A stretch of 64,000 nucleotides of DNA, taken from assembly GCA_026770705.1 (NCBI GenBank), contig JANJGN010000003.1:151652001-151716000 (forward strand), given 5' to 3'. This document shows positions 40,607-53,992 of the stretch, piece after piece. This DNA comes from Isurus oxyrinchus. Its lineage: Eukaryota. The notes under the pieces were generated by a model, which saw only the letters and a program-made list of their open reading frames with translations, did not search any database and had not been told where the DNA came from. Each line of letters starts with the position of its first letter. Positions within the stretch are counted from its first letter, which is position 1. The position numbers were made by a program, and so were the translations under genes.

Positions 40607-43127
40607 CAACATTATAACCTTTCAGACTGAACACTAAGTAATTAAAAATAGAAGTTCAATTATCAACTGCTTACTAAAATAATAAAAAAAATGATTACAA
40701 TCCTATGCCAGTGTTTGCTGCCAGATGCTGAAGAATACTCCAAATAAAGATCGTCAGTGTCGTGTTTATACGCTTCGCCCCTTAACCTCCAGCGTTTTAC
40801 ACCCCATAAACGCTTACAGCAGTCATTTTCTTTTATTGCGGTACACCACTCTGGATTTTACTAACGACAGCCACTGCCAAGACTTCCAACTATGTGGGCC
40901 TCTCTGCCCAGCTTCCAAATCATTTGAATCCCACTAAATCTATCCAAACTGTCTTCGGGGCCTAAAAAAAAAGTTACTAGGGATCTTACAGTTGGAAAGG
41001 AAGTTGCATAAATAGCCAGGCCGTACACAGTTTTTTTTTTGTTAGCGCTAAGACGCCTTAGACCAATATACCTTCTTCCTAAGGATCCGTCCTCTTTGTG
41101 TTGACTGGTTAAAGAAATGGCGGCAGGGATTTGTGCCATTGCGAATATTTACAATTATTTACCTCTTTACAATGCGATGAAATCCCAACAATTTTGGAGC
41201 TCTTCACACGGACAAGCAACTCAAGATTATTCATTTCCACTTCCAACAGAAGTGCTGCATTACTTGGATAAGTAGCACACAACAAATCATATAAATAACC
41301 AGGGGCCTTGGCGCATGGCCAGGCGACAGATAGAAGTTGTTAATACAGTTTTGCACGTTCTCGGGTTAATTGGTGATAACTGGGCGTTAAGCTCAAACGG
41401 ATTCGGAATCGTTGTCATCAGATCCGCTTCCAAGCCAACGTTGTTAGATCACACTTATTATTTTCTTCCCTTTTTCAGGAACCCCAATCTCATTCTAATT
41501 TTAGTTACCCCTGTAAGTCATGTCATGTCAGCTGCGGTGATAACATTCGTTGCAGCATTTATTAAAGAAAATCTAAACTTTAAATTACGTCTTCAATGTC
41601 AGGACTTGGGGGTAAAACCCTAAAGAGAATGTTAAGCAAATCGTTAAATGTTGCAAAATTGGAAGGACTGATATTAACGACACACTGTTTAATATGAGTA
41701 AAGAAATTGGATTATTTCCCTGAACATGGCCAACTTTATTCCTTTGACTCGCCCGCTGTTCGCCTGAAAGTTTACGTTTGAATTCGTGTACAGTATTTAA
41801 AATGCTGCATATCTGTGAAAGGAGTTGTTTGTGCTTAGACTATGTTTCCGCTTGGTGTGAGGAGCTTGAAAAACTTGCAGTAATGGTGGAATGAGAATGT
41901 AACGGCGGAGCTCCATGCGAGACCTTAGCATACATTGAACTTCAGAAGCAGAAGCATATTTTATATGTAGTCAAACATATATTTTATTCGACAACAAATA
42001 AAATGACATTTCATTACAAACAGTATAGCTTGGTCAATATGACACGAGGTAATCATTTCAAACGTGTACACAAGTGTAAATGTGTTGGCTCTACAGGTCT
42101 AAAGTAAACCCCCATTTAAAACATATCAGTGGTATATGTTCTTTCTATTGCACCCAGGTTTTTTCCTTGTACACATTACATTTATTGACAATATTGTTTG
42201 TTTATTTATTCCATCGCATAAATGCGTCAAAACAATTTTAAGGGTGACATTTACACACAAAACATAGGTAGTTACTAGTTATACATATAGGTAGTTTTAA
42301 ACCAAATCTCACACTTTTCTTTGCACTACAACACCGATAAATACAAAGTGTCTGAGGACTTTATTCGTGCTTTTATCACAACAGACAAGAGTATCGTGTA
42401 GCATTATGCTCAGCGCTGCTCTTTGAAATACAACTTATATTAGCATTCTATGCAAATCAGTTTCATATAATTTCTGAAGAACAACACAATCGTCATGCAC
42501 CCCGGGCAAGGCCGTTACTCAGTCTCACAAAGACAGCATAAAGCCTGGAGTTTCTACAGGTTCATTCACAGTGAAAGTAATACAATATATGTTCCAAGTT
42601 CACCACGAAAATAACATTTCATATGCACTACACAGCCTGTTATCTTTATATTAAACATCCTGAGTTAAATTGAGATTTTTCTTTTGTTTGTTTACACGAT
42701 CTTTACTCGGACACCGCCCAAGCACAAAGGCCCAGTCACAGAGATAATCACGACAATAGACACAAGGATTCAAGTATATAAGCAGCCTCGTTTGCTGCAT
42801 GTAAAACAAGTAAATATTAAATTAGTACATTATTACTGAATTACTGTCCACACTGAATTGCGGTGGATTAAGAAAAGGTAGTTTTCATGTGAAGTAAGGT
42901 AGATTCCGTAGCCACATACTTAACCTTGCCGTAAATGTCTCCCTCTTTGGTTCCCAACTAACAAGTGTATCAGTCGTTTTACCCACCATATGCAGTCCAG
43001 AACTGGCAAAGAAATAATTTGTGCTAATGGCATGACAAAATGTACATATAGTCTTTCTGAAGTGGGGCCTATTTCGATTGTAATTGTGAATGAGTCTTTT
43101 TGTCTCTCAAAAATATTCGAATTCGTG

Positions 43128-43369
43128 TCACCGGTCGTCTTTGGGTCGTTCCTTGTTGATTTTTTTCATCTTCATCCTCCTGTTCTGAAACCAGATTTTA
43201 ACTTGCCGTTCGGTAAGGTTAAGGACCCTGGCGACCTCATATCTGCGGTCTCTTGTGAGATACATGTTAAACAAGAATTCCTTTTCCAGCTCCAGGGTCT
43301 GATGTTTGGTGTAAGGGCAGCGTTTTTTTCTGGTAGATCTTGCATGCAGCCAATTGGCGGATGGGTTAT
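43128..43369 (-). CDS. hoxa9: Hox-A9 exon 2 (homeodomain); spliced protein 260 aa
   Basis: Acceptor TTCCAG|AT; [48 protein letters not shown] (STRKK and TKHQ are HOXA9-type); 541+242 nt = 261 codons. Confidence 0.96.
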
Positions 43370-44033
43370 CTGGAAATGTGAAGGAAACGCATTTAATATA
43401 TCTTCCCTCTCCAAGATAGTCAAAATGTTGTACCATTCTCAGAATCAAAACACCGTTACAGATAAAAGAGGATGTGGCAGCACTGGATTAATGGGGGCAG
43501 GCTGCTACACTTTTACGTGTGTTTTCACTAAAAATTAAACTCTCGTGCCAATCTTCTTGTTCCATGAACAAACTCTATGAATAGAGCAATGAAACTGAGT
43601 TAGAGAAAAAAAATATTGTGGCGACCTGAAAATCGGACACTAATAATCCAAAGCAATGTGTTGTCTGCTTGTGTTGCACACTGTGTGCAATATCTGTATA
43701 TCCACTAGTATTTACTGCATCACGTTTATTTGCAATAAATGCACCTGAATTAGAGTCAGCAATTACACAATATCCCCTCTTTCTCTTTTATAATGAGTAG
43801 AAATTAGTTCAATATATACCCGACTGGTACTCATAGCAGTGCCGAAAATGTACAGCATAAGCCTTAACCCTATATCTCAAAACTATTTGTAGCTATGTAA
43901 TTTAAAAAACTGGACACATCTCGACATTTGTATTTCGCTATGTAATGAAGTAAATATAAGGAATATAAAATAGTTTCAATTTATAACCCTTGTCTCGACA
44001 AGTAATACAAAAATGTGGCGTTTCCATACTTAC

Positions 44034-44574
44034 TTGGATCCATGTGTAGTTTATCTGCGTTTGACTCAATCTCTCCGTTATTTTCAGAAAAGGAAACCTC
44101 GCTCACACGTTTGTCGCCGGGAGAACTTCCACAAGTATATTCTGATAGTGCCAGAGTGTGTGTTTCAAACGTGGTGCAGTCACTCCTGCGGGCAGCTACA
44201 GGCTCGGGTTTGATGCCGTAGTGTCTACTGGAAGGCAACCCGGTGAAAGACAGGGCTCCCGGCATGGGATCTAGCCAGGAGCGCATGTACCTACCATCGG
44301 GCGCGGCAGCAATCGGAGCCTGGTGCATGTATGGGTGATAGACAGTGGGCATATTGGCAGAACTCTGAGCATGGACCGGGCTCCAAGAGGTGCTGAAAAC
44401 TGTGGCTTTGGACTGGAAGTTGCATGGGGTGAAGTCGGGGTGCTCTGCAAGGGCTGCCTGCCGAGAAGACTGTGCCAGTGGACCCGAGGCATATCTGGAC
44501 GACAGCAGATCCTCATTCTCATGCATTATAAGGGAGTCGACATAATAATTGCTGATAGTCCCTGATGTCGACAT
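44034..44574 (-). CDS. hoxa9: Homeobox protein Hox-A9, exon 1
   Basis: MSTSGTISNYYVDS, CNFQSKATVFSTSWSPVH, PDGRYMRSWL (Hox9 activation region); donor A|GTAAGTA. Confidence 0.96.
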
Positions 44575-44599
44575 TCTCGGCAATGACACAGCAAGCGCC

Positions 44600-44800
44600 T
44601 CTGAAAATATGAAAGAGCAGATTTCACTGAAACAACTTACCGCCGCGACAAGTACAGTCTGCTAATATGGTGCAGACGCACTTCCTCGCCATTGGATAAG
44701 TTACTCACGTGATTCAAAAAACAACAATAAAATATAAATCAATCCGCAGCTTGTAACAAGGTCAATCTTTTATAGGGATAATTTTATATAGCAACTCCGT
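44600..44800 (-). promoter_or_regulatory. Hoxa9 leader and proximal promoter
   Basis: CCAAT (ATTGG 44691-44695), TCACGTGA 44705-44712, Pbx-Hox TGATTTAT on the minus strand, multiple TTTTAT. Confidence 0.65.
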
Positions 44801-47800
44801 ATGTTTTTTTTATGCAAAGGGATATAATCACCTCTATATATGGAGGTTGATTTCTTTGTTGCCAGCTGAGATATAAAAAAGTATTCCGTTCCAGTTCTTT
44901 TTCAGGGGGACTATTTTATATCATAATCAATCTTCCCATCAGATGCTCGTTTTTTTTAACGAACACCTTATAATCGTTAACCTTCACATAAAAGATTATG
45001 GAAAGAGTGAAACTATAAACTGCGGGAGAAAAACAACGAAGAAAGAGATTGGACAGGTATTTATTATTCATGCTTAGTAAAATTAAAAACGCATTCTTAA
45101 CAAATGAAAATCATTAACGAACTTTTCAATGGCACCGCTGAAAAGTGGCGCGTGTACCTGCAGCTGCTAAAGATCTTTCATTTCAAAAATGAGGCCACAT
45201 AAAACACACGGTGACAATCTCCGTTTTATAACAGTTTCAGCAATAAAACTACATGTTAGCAAACTATAGCCGTTCCAAAAAAGATTCTTTACCTCCAATA
45301 AACCATAACAAACTACAACTTCCGCATTCAATGCGCTATTTAAGTTGACAGATGCAGATGCGCGGACAAAATACATTTCTTGGGAAATAGGACAATTCTG
45401 CCGTCCTTCTCTTCAGATTCGTGTACTTTGTTGCTTCGGTCACTCACTGGCGCGTTCTGTGGAGAGTAAATGGAAAAGCTTCCCCGCACAGACGGTATTC
45501 GGAAACCTAATCTGTTATATGGTTAAGATACATTCCTTTCAATAGCAAATAAAAGCAAACAGTTAGATATATAATCAGATGTAAAACATAAGAGTCGTAT
45601 TTCAATGGAGTTAGAAGGATTCCTTATTACAGTGTTATCGGCCTATTAAACATTATATGTGCAACCAATTACTGTGCTTTAAAAACTTAGTAGGCCTCTT
45701 ACACATACGCACTCTGGGTATAAATATGTATAGCGATGGATGATTTTACTTAGTTACAATAAAATTAACAAATGGGATGTGAGTTGGAAGTCCAGCATCA
45801 TGGCTTATCATGATATAGTTTTAAAGTAAATTAATCTCATTTTTTAAAATAAAATTATTTTTTTTAAATCCTGAAACAATCCATAACATCCGCCAATGAT
45901 TTATCTTGTTGTCATTTTTCGGTTAGCATAATCTATCAATGCTATTTTAATATGAAATGTTTCATTTGACATGTAAGATTTAGACGTTAGTACCTTTGTT
46001 TATAGAACTCCAGTACAGGGGTTTCTCGAAGCACCATGATCATGTTATATTGTGTTGTGTTTCATTGGGAACGCTTTCTGAACATTATTTGATGTGCGCA
46101 GTAACTCAGAACCTAAAGGAAAATTGACAATCGTCATTCTAATCAAATGCAACTTGCCCTAATTTTTGAAACGCTTGGATCTTTGATGACAACCATTAAT
46201 GTGATTCGCTATCTGGACAACGTAGGCTTTCAAACGAGGCTTGTTTTAATGTCTATTTTATATTTCTTGGTTGTTATTTTACAATCTACGCATGCATGTA
46301 CTTTGTTTATTCCTGCTTCAACAGGCTTAATTTAAAAATACCTTCGGCGCATCTCGACGCTAGCAACAGGGTAATATAAAAACGACTATCTCCAAAATTA
46401 TCCTGGAGTATAAGCTGTTGCGTGATCAGATAACATAGAAATACCCATTAAACAAAGACAATCATCAGATCCCACATTAAAACAAATTGCTGTAGTCGTC
46501 GTGAATCGCTTGCGTTCCCCCCACCACCCGCTGCCTGTATAAACCCTCAATTTAAAATCTGCACAGCTAGCTGAAATGCAACTTCCCTTTCTCGATGTTT
46601 GGGTTCTCTGTATCCCAATCTTTCTTTAGATTCCTGTGCATTCCTTATGGGGAAGGGAAGATTCAGCCTCTCGCCCTGTGAGCCAACATTGACTATCTGG
46701 TCAGCGGAGTATTACAGCGACACAGGCGGAGTGCTGAGGTCTAGAGCAAAATCGAGAACCATTCAAGTCCAGTGTTGAGCCTCAGAAAGAAAACGTTTTG
46801 TGTTTCCTGTGCAGATGGCCTGAAATTAGGATTCAAATGTTGATTCTATATTTACAAAGTGAAGCTAAGGCACTCTGAAACTGCACCTCGCTTTAAAGAG
46901 TGCTTCCTCTAATTGAAATTTAGTTTTATTTATGCTAAGAAAATTTATAAAAACAACCCACCGTTTAAACGCCTGAAAGAATTTGCCCACAACCTTGGAA
47001 TGTGCCGCGCGTCTTGCTGCTGTACCTAAGATTTATAGTTATTTACGAAATGTATGATTTTAAATGATGTGGATGAATTAGTTGCAATTAGCACAGTGAA
47101 TTCTGCTCTCAAATGGATCACAGTTTCTCCCCCCCCCCCCCAAAAAAAAATGTAGTTACGAATTATGGTGAGTTGTCCGGTTTAGATGTTCAGTTCGCAC
47201 TTTTGTTTGAGCATTCAGTACAGGAAGCTCGCGTGTTTCTTGCAAATTGCAGCTCTCCGGCTAGGCAATGTAAAAACTAAACAGAGGAAGATGATCCTTT
47301 ACGTGCGTGGATACAACTCACCAAAGGTCTCAAATGAAACGAGTATCATCACACAAAGTCGGAACTGATTATTCGACAATACACAAAAATAAAATAATTC
47401 ACCCATTCTAATTTGAAGACGCATACAGGGGTAGCGGAATCTATCCTATTTTCATTCCATAGCAAGGCGAGTGGAAGAAGAATAAAGCGAGTTTTTTTTT
47501 AATCTGTTGTTATGAGTTGGTCCCTTTTCCTTGAGAATTATGTTTGTAACACATAAATATCAAATGTTGCATTAATTCCTGCAACTGATACAGCAGTTAA
47601 GAATTACTTCAAAATATGGTGCTCCCAAACTTTGTTTAATACTTGGCAGAATTATCCAGCCATTTACGATATTCATTGCATACACCTTGTCGTCAGAAAG
47701 ACTAGGCAAAATATGTCACAAATCAAAGTTTTCAAAATATTACAAGCCTGAGGCAAAACCGGACGATAAAAGTTTCAAAGTGGAAACCACATTCGATGTG

Positions 47801-50252
47801 TGATTTTCCTTTTGCGATTCTCACTGTATTATTTAAAATAAACCATAAAGGCTGACGCCTTTATTTCCGTTCAGATAACATCAGTGTGAAGTTGCACAGC
47901 CAATTTGTGGGCATGCAGTGTGCAATGACGACAACGTGTTCAAAGTGCTTTCATCATTTTCGAGTGTAATTGCCGTATAGCGTATAATTTGGCAAAGATT
48001 TACAAGATATATATAAAACATAAAATAAGACTAACCAAATCCTGGAGACATCTGCACGAGAACTATCAAAACTGTTCGAGCCGGTCCCGTGACCACCCTC
48101 AAGGGTTTAGTTTCAGGAAAGTCGGGACTGCAGACAATCTCAAATACCAAATGTTATGTTGGGTGTTGATTGTTTACGAGAGGTTGAAGCGCTTTTTAGT
48201 TCATCCACATCAATTCGAAATTAAATCCTCCATTTAAAACTGTGCAAAAGGACTGGGTGCACCGCCTTTTAGAAACCAAACTCTAATTTAACATTAAAGA
48301 AGCAAAGTGCAAAATTACTGTGGCTGCTGTTTTATTTTAAGCCTATAAACCATATCTGCCTCGATAGGAGTTTGCGAGCATCGAGTAAACAAAAAAAAAT
48401 ATTCGAGGTGAAAGCAGAATGATTTTGAAGTTAAAAAAAATTAAGATTTTGCTGCTAGATTAGTGAAAACAATGAGGGAATGCATGTACCTCACATAGTT
48501 GATGTACTTCTGAATTGAGAAAGATTATTTAAATAATAGTGTCTAAATGAAACGCAATACGCAACTACACAGAAATGTAATACTTAAAGAAATATTTCCG
48601 ATTCCTTGCCAAAATAATCCTATGTCAATACTCAGCAAATCAAAAGAACGAGGTTTAGCTATAATGTTGAGCTGAGCTGCATTTTAAGAGGGTCTGGATG
48701 TTACGAGGAGTGATGCTTTGAACAGCACAAACTTGACTGTGCTTTTGCTTTGTGAATCTTTAAATCCTACCGGAGAAAGTTTTCAGGCAGTGCATTCATA
48801 TTCGAATAGTATCACGACTCGGGTGTACAACAGCGCATGTTCTTCAGAAGATGTTATTTTGCATTGCACTGAAGAAAAAGATCAAGTTAAATGTTTCTAA
48901 CTAGCGTGTCGTTTCTTTTACAACAGGCCGTACATTGATATAGCTAATAAAGGGGATTATATAATTTAATATTGTAAATGAGATTTCATGCATTTTATTT
49001 GAATCAAGTATTTCTTGGTTACTTCATTTTTAAAAACGGTTATATGGGGATGTGGATAATTGTATTTAAATACATTTCCTACTATAAAGTCTTTGCATTC
49101 TCTTAGATAATGTGTTCATTTTACCATAGTAAGGTTGCCATATATATGCATTTATGTCTGGTGAAATGAATTTAATGCTGCATTCATAAGACTGCACTGT
49201 ATCTATCTTGTGGCAATGACTGTTGTACAATCATTTGGATTTTTAAGATTTTAAAAGTGTAATTCTAATCGGCCGCGCAACACGAATAAATAGAGCAACA
49301 GAATAAAGTGCCATGGTGTTTGTTTACTTGCTTTGCTTAGATTAAAGCTTCTGTTTGTCTCCTCTAAACAGCCAATATAATGGGACAAGTCTGCGTTCTG
49401 TGTTTAGTCTAGTTTCCTGCAGAGGCAGGAGCCGCGGACCGAGAAGCGCTTCCACTACATTCCGCCGAGGTCGCTGTTTCGAAGAGCAACCCAAATTTAC
49501 GCGCCCAGGCGCCATGTAATGATCATAACCGAGGCCTTGTGCTTTCAAGTAATTTCTTTGTCTTGCACATGGTAGAATGCATAGGTTTAAAACGCTTATC
49601 TTAAATCACTTGGCGCCGGTCCTATTTATTTTCGATTTTCATTGGGAATTATAAGATCAGCTATGCACAAAATGCACCAAGAAAAATGTTCCGTTTAGAC
49701 GATGTTAACATAACGATGACATATTTATCACTAACAAAGACGAAATCTGCAATGCATGGATTACGCCGCTGTGCAGATGAAATTGCAGTTATTTTCAGGA
49801 GAACTGTGTCGACCTACATCGATGTTTACAAATAATAATTCAGCAGCACATATATACTGCAAGGAAATCTAAAATTGATCATATTTAATTTAAACGTGAA
49901 CTTGATCGTTCTTAGAGAAAAAAATGAACAAATCTAATGCAAAACATTACAATTATAAAATCCCAACTGACAACAACGTTAAGGAAGCATGGCCCACTGT
50001 TTGCTCGCAAAGTATGGGAGGCACGCTGCTCTTCAAAAATTAATTCACAGAGTTGTATTAATCTTTTTTTTTTAAAAAAAGCTTGTCTAATAAACAATTG
50101 TTATATCGTTTTATAAAACATTGCTATTCCTGTCACAAAACATGACAATTTACTGCTGGAGATATGAAACCAAAACATTTGACTTATTCGTGGTTATTTA
50201 GTAACTGCGGTTTCTTTCCAAACCAGCGACAGAACTCACTGGCGAAGACGAT

Positions 50253-50336
50253 AACTGCAGTAATTCAGGCAGTTTCGTGTTGTAGAGATAGACTTGAGCC
50301 CCAACAACATGAAACTACCTAAATCACACATCAGTT
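50253..50336 (-). ncRNA. mir196: miR-196 precursor hairpin (syntenic position of mir-196b)
   Basis: Minus strand 50321-50300 reads TAGGTAGTTTCATGTTGTTGGG, the mature miR-196 sequence. The complementary 3p arm CTACAACACGAAACTGCCTGA follows, with a basal stem AACTG...CAGTT. It lies between Hox9 and Hox10. Confidence 0.97.
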
Positions 50337-51876
50337 CTATCTCAGCTCTTTAGATTCCTATCTTTGTACACACATAGGGATGACCTAGATGCACATTCAA
50401 CAAGCTTACTCAAATAGAAAAAAGTCACATTATGATGCTTCTCCTTACAACCTCGCATGCAGTTCACCAAATACGAAAGACACCCCTCAAACAAGCAATA
50501 TTGTGAATCCCTGTAATAATCTCCCAAGAAATTCCGATTTTTTTTGTTGCATTGCAGGCCAGATTTGTGTTTAAATGAATAGATTTAATGGCAAATTCAG
50601 CACGAGAATAATTGTTAGTTCCCCACTAAATATGGTGGGTTCTTTATTATCCCTGTGCAGGATTTCACGCGATCTGAATGCATGTCATTCACTCTAGTGA
50701 TGATAAGCCATAGCAACTTGTCTGTACTGCAATAATCACGGAGTTCAAGGTTTGTCCGAAGAAAAGAACTAGTCAGATGACATAGCCTACAGAGATATAT
50801 TTTCTTTTTCTCTCCTACCCCGCCACAAGAAAAAGACGAAACAGTAACTTTAACTTTTATTTGTGAACAGCAGTATTGGCATTTTAAAATATACTAGATG
50901 CAAGGTTGTTAGAAAGAAACTCTTACCTATAGGTCTCAAATATAGGATAATAGGCCTTAACATTCGTTCCTCTTACAGACCTTACCTTCATCGTAAATGT
51001 CTCCAAAGGTCTTATCTGCTGCTTTTTTCGATTCCTCACACTCTTCTGATTTTAGCCGATTAAAGGATCTGGAGTGTTTTGTGTTCAAAGAAAATCAATT
51101 TCCTACATCCGAGCCGTGCTCTGCTTCCTCTGTCTTCGTGGCTGTTCGCTCAACTGAAACCACTCGTCCAAGACAGCAACAACCCAGATATACTAGCAAG
51201 TCATAAAACTCAACAAAAGCCGACAAACGTTACAGCACCATTGCTATATAGCCCAGACAAATTACGACCGTCTAGGTAATATTTAAATAGATTGCAACGG
51301 TAATTGCCAGTCTTTAAACCCACCATTCCTGCTGAAAGCTTCCTCGACAGATAAGGTAAGGGAAAAAAATTGAACACAAAATGAAGTAAAAACAATATAC
51401 ATATACCTATCTCAAAGGACTCCGACCAAATACGTTTTATTCATCTTTCATGAAAACACAAATTTTGTTTACGTACACAGTGCAGCAGCAATAGGATTGA
51501 GCATAATTTGAGTCCTCATTCAGAGTATTTCATCTTAACAAACTCAAATGAATCAATTCTATTTGTTTTTCTTTACTTCTAAAAGTGAATCGACGGCAGT
51601 GAATAAAAGGTCCGACATTCTACTCTTTCGTCTTTGCAACAGTGTTTCACATGTACATGTGTCCTGATGCTTCTGTTCATGGTATGTGATATCTTTATGC
51701 AACAACACACTTTACAGCATATTCACATTTAACTTCTATTAACATGTCAGTATACGGTAGTTACTTATTTTGGAAATATTTTAACAGCATGGGTCATCTG
51801 TATTTAGACATTACAAAGTTTGATTTACTTAGCTGATAATTGGTAATTAGCACAATTAAAAGATTGTTGTCAGGTT

Positions 51877-51906
51877 CCCCCTCCCCCCCCCCCCCCCCCC
51901 CCCCCC
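51877..51906. repeat. Poly-C tract (poly-G in the Hoxa10 3'UTR)
   Basis: Seen directly. Confidence 0.85.
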
Positions 51907-52156
51907 GAGTTGTTTGAAAAATCATCATACAGGGCAATAACTTGTGTGCATGCCTTGCTTATCAATGGCAACACATTATTATAGCTACAGAAACAGACAC
52001 CCGCCACAAATAAAAACAAAACACGTAAATCGTAAATATCTACAACCAGCACACGGCTGAGAAGTCAGAGGTAAGTGGAGAAGTTTTAGTCCTTTAGCAA
52101 CACGAGCACAGCTTCTCGATGTCCCGTTAAAATCCGTAAACCAGTGTTTGTGTTTA

Positions 52157-52431
52157 TCATGAAAAGCTGAAGTTAGCTGTGAGCTCCCGAATCCTGTTCT
52201 CACGATTCATTTTCTTGAGTTTCATCCTGCGATTTTGAAACCAGATTTTGACCTGTCTGTCAGTCAGGTGGACACTGCGGCTAATCTCTAGGCGACGCTC
52301 TCGAGTCAGGTACATGTTGAAGAGAAACTCTTTCTCCAGCTCCAGGGTCTGATGTTTGGTGTAAGGGCAGCGTTTTTTTCTGCCACTCTTTGCAGTCAGC
52401 CAGTTGGCCCCGTTTTCAGCTTTCACCTCCC
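52157..52431 (-). CDS. hoxa10: Hox-A10 exon 2 (homeodomain); spliced protein 344 aa
   Basis: Long CT-rich tract plus TTATTAG|GG; [86 protein letters not shown]; 760+275 nt = 345 codons. Confidence 0.96.
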
Positions 52432-52444
52432 CTAATAAGCAAAG

Positions 52445-52541
52445 GGGTGAGAATGAGAGAGAGAGAGGGAGAACGAGAAAGAAAATAGAAAGATAAATAG
52501 AGTGAACCAGATAGAAGGTGAAGAGAGAGAAAGAGAAGAAA
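52445..52541. repeat. GA-rich tract forming an extended polypyrimidine tract before Hoxa10 exon 2
   Basis: Seen directly, adjacent to the acceptor. Confidence 0.75.
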
Positions 52542-53877
52542 GTTTATCTTGTTTCGAAATATAATTTTCAAAAGAAGTCTACGTGTGATGGCTATTTGCT
52601 TTTAACCGTACTCTTCACGCTAAAGTGTCACTAAATCTAAACATATTAAGATGCGCTATGAAATACTTAAAATGCTGCTGCCTCCAATTTTCAACACTCC
52701 GTTTTGACTCTGTGGCATTACATTTTAATTAGCATTGTACAATTCACGTTTTGTCAGCACGTTATGTGCATATCCACATGGAACACAAAACTTAACATTT
52801 TCAATTACTTTATGGCTCAAACGGCCGTGTGAAATGAAGTGCTATGTGGGGTAAAAGTGAGTTTTAGGTGCATTTACACTGAAGACGAAATTAGTTTGAA
52901 AACTCTATTTTGATGCTGTTAGTTTTTTTTTAAAATGATTGCTAAGCTTGTTATATACTTGGAGTGATGTTGTCTGGTTTCACTTTATCGTACAAGGATC
53001 TCGTTCATTCTCCTTTTTAGAATAGTTGGATACTGGTTTAATAATTAGTTATCCACTGAAAGAGCAGTTTAACTCCAATTATCGGTAAAATTCAACATTT
53101 CGCTGAGCACCAGTAGGCGTGTCTTCCCCTGTGGTATAATTTCCAACTTTTACAGCCCCGTTTCTCGCCATGTTAAAAACGCATGTTTATCTATTGCTTC
53201 AGTCTGAGAAAATTAAGCAAAGTTTTTCGTTTACGTAAACAAATCCAATGAGACAGATTGGAGTGTTTTCCTCATCGCTTGAATGTTTTAAGCCTTTTTA
53301 ACACCTAATTGTTTCACGTTATTTGGAATAACTTTATAAAACGATTCCTTCCGAAGTTCGTTAAAGTTAAGACTAAAATTGCCCACAGAACGTCAACCAA
53401 TTTGTTGCGATGCCCCCATTTAGTTGACCACTGGATCTCAGACACATTAAAAACTAAATAACGACTAAATTATATTTGTAAGTTCAAATTTGATTTTTTT
53501 AATATAAGGTGAATAATAACTGCACTGGGCAAATAGTATCAAGCATCTTAAAGTAAAAGATGAGAGGATCAGCGTTTCGTACTTTGAAAACTTTTCTATA
53601 TATTTCACGTTTTTTTTCCCGAAAAGAGCGCTGGAACATGAAACATCACTGGATTCCTTAGAGTATTATTTATTGGCTGTGCTGTGTTTACTTTGGACCC
53701 TGTGTGCAAATATGTCCTTCTATGCGGTCCGCTTAAATAACTGCAGAAAGCATTCGTGGTTTGTAACTTATCTGACAAGTTTAGAATGTGGCTACAATTG
53801 ACTCCGGAGCGTGGGCCCGTGCTATAAACTATAGTAGGCATTAATTTTTACAGCATAGCTCACGCCCAAAAATAAAA

Positions 53878-53891
53878 AGTTCACAAGGTCA
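53878..53891 (+). promoter_or_regulatory. DR2 RARE in the Hoxa10 intron
   Basis: Perfect AGTTCA ca AGGTCA flanked by AATAAA/ATAAAA Hox/Cdx-type sites. Confidence 0.7.
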
Positions 53892-53992
53892 GAATAAAAC
53901 CCCCTTTGTTACGCTTGTTGGCTGTACCTGCCACGTCTACCCGTTTCTGAGTGCTGGCTGTATAAACTTCCCTCTGCCTCTTATTTACCTAC

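Noticed and set aside
42990-43538. 182-aa plus-strand ORF and similar antisense ORFs over the other homeoboxes and exons
   Set aside because: These are shadow ORFs caused by homeobox codon structure, with no independent protein signature.
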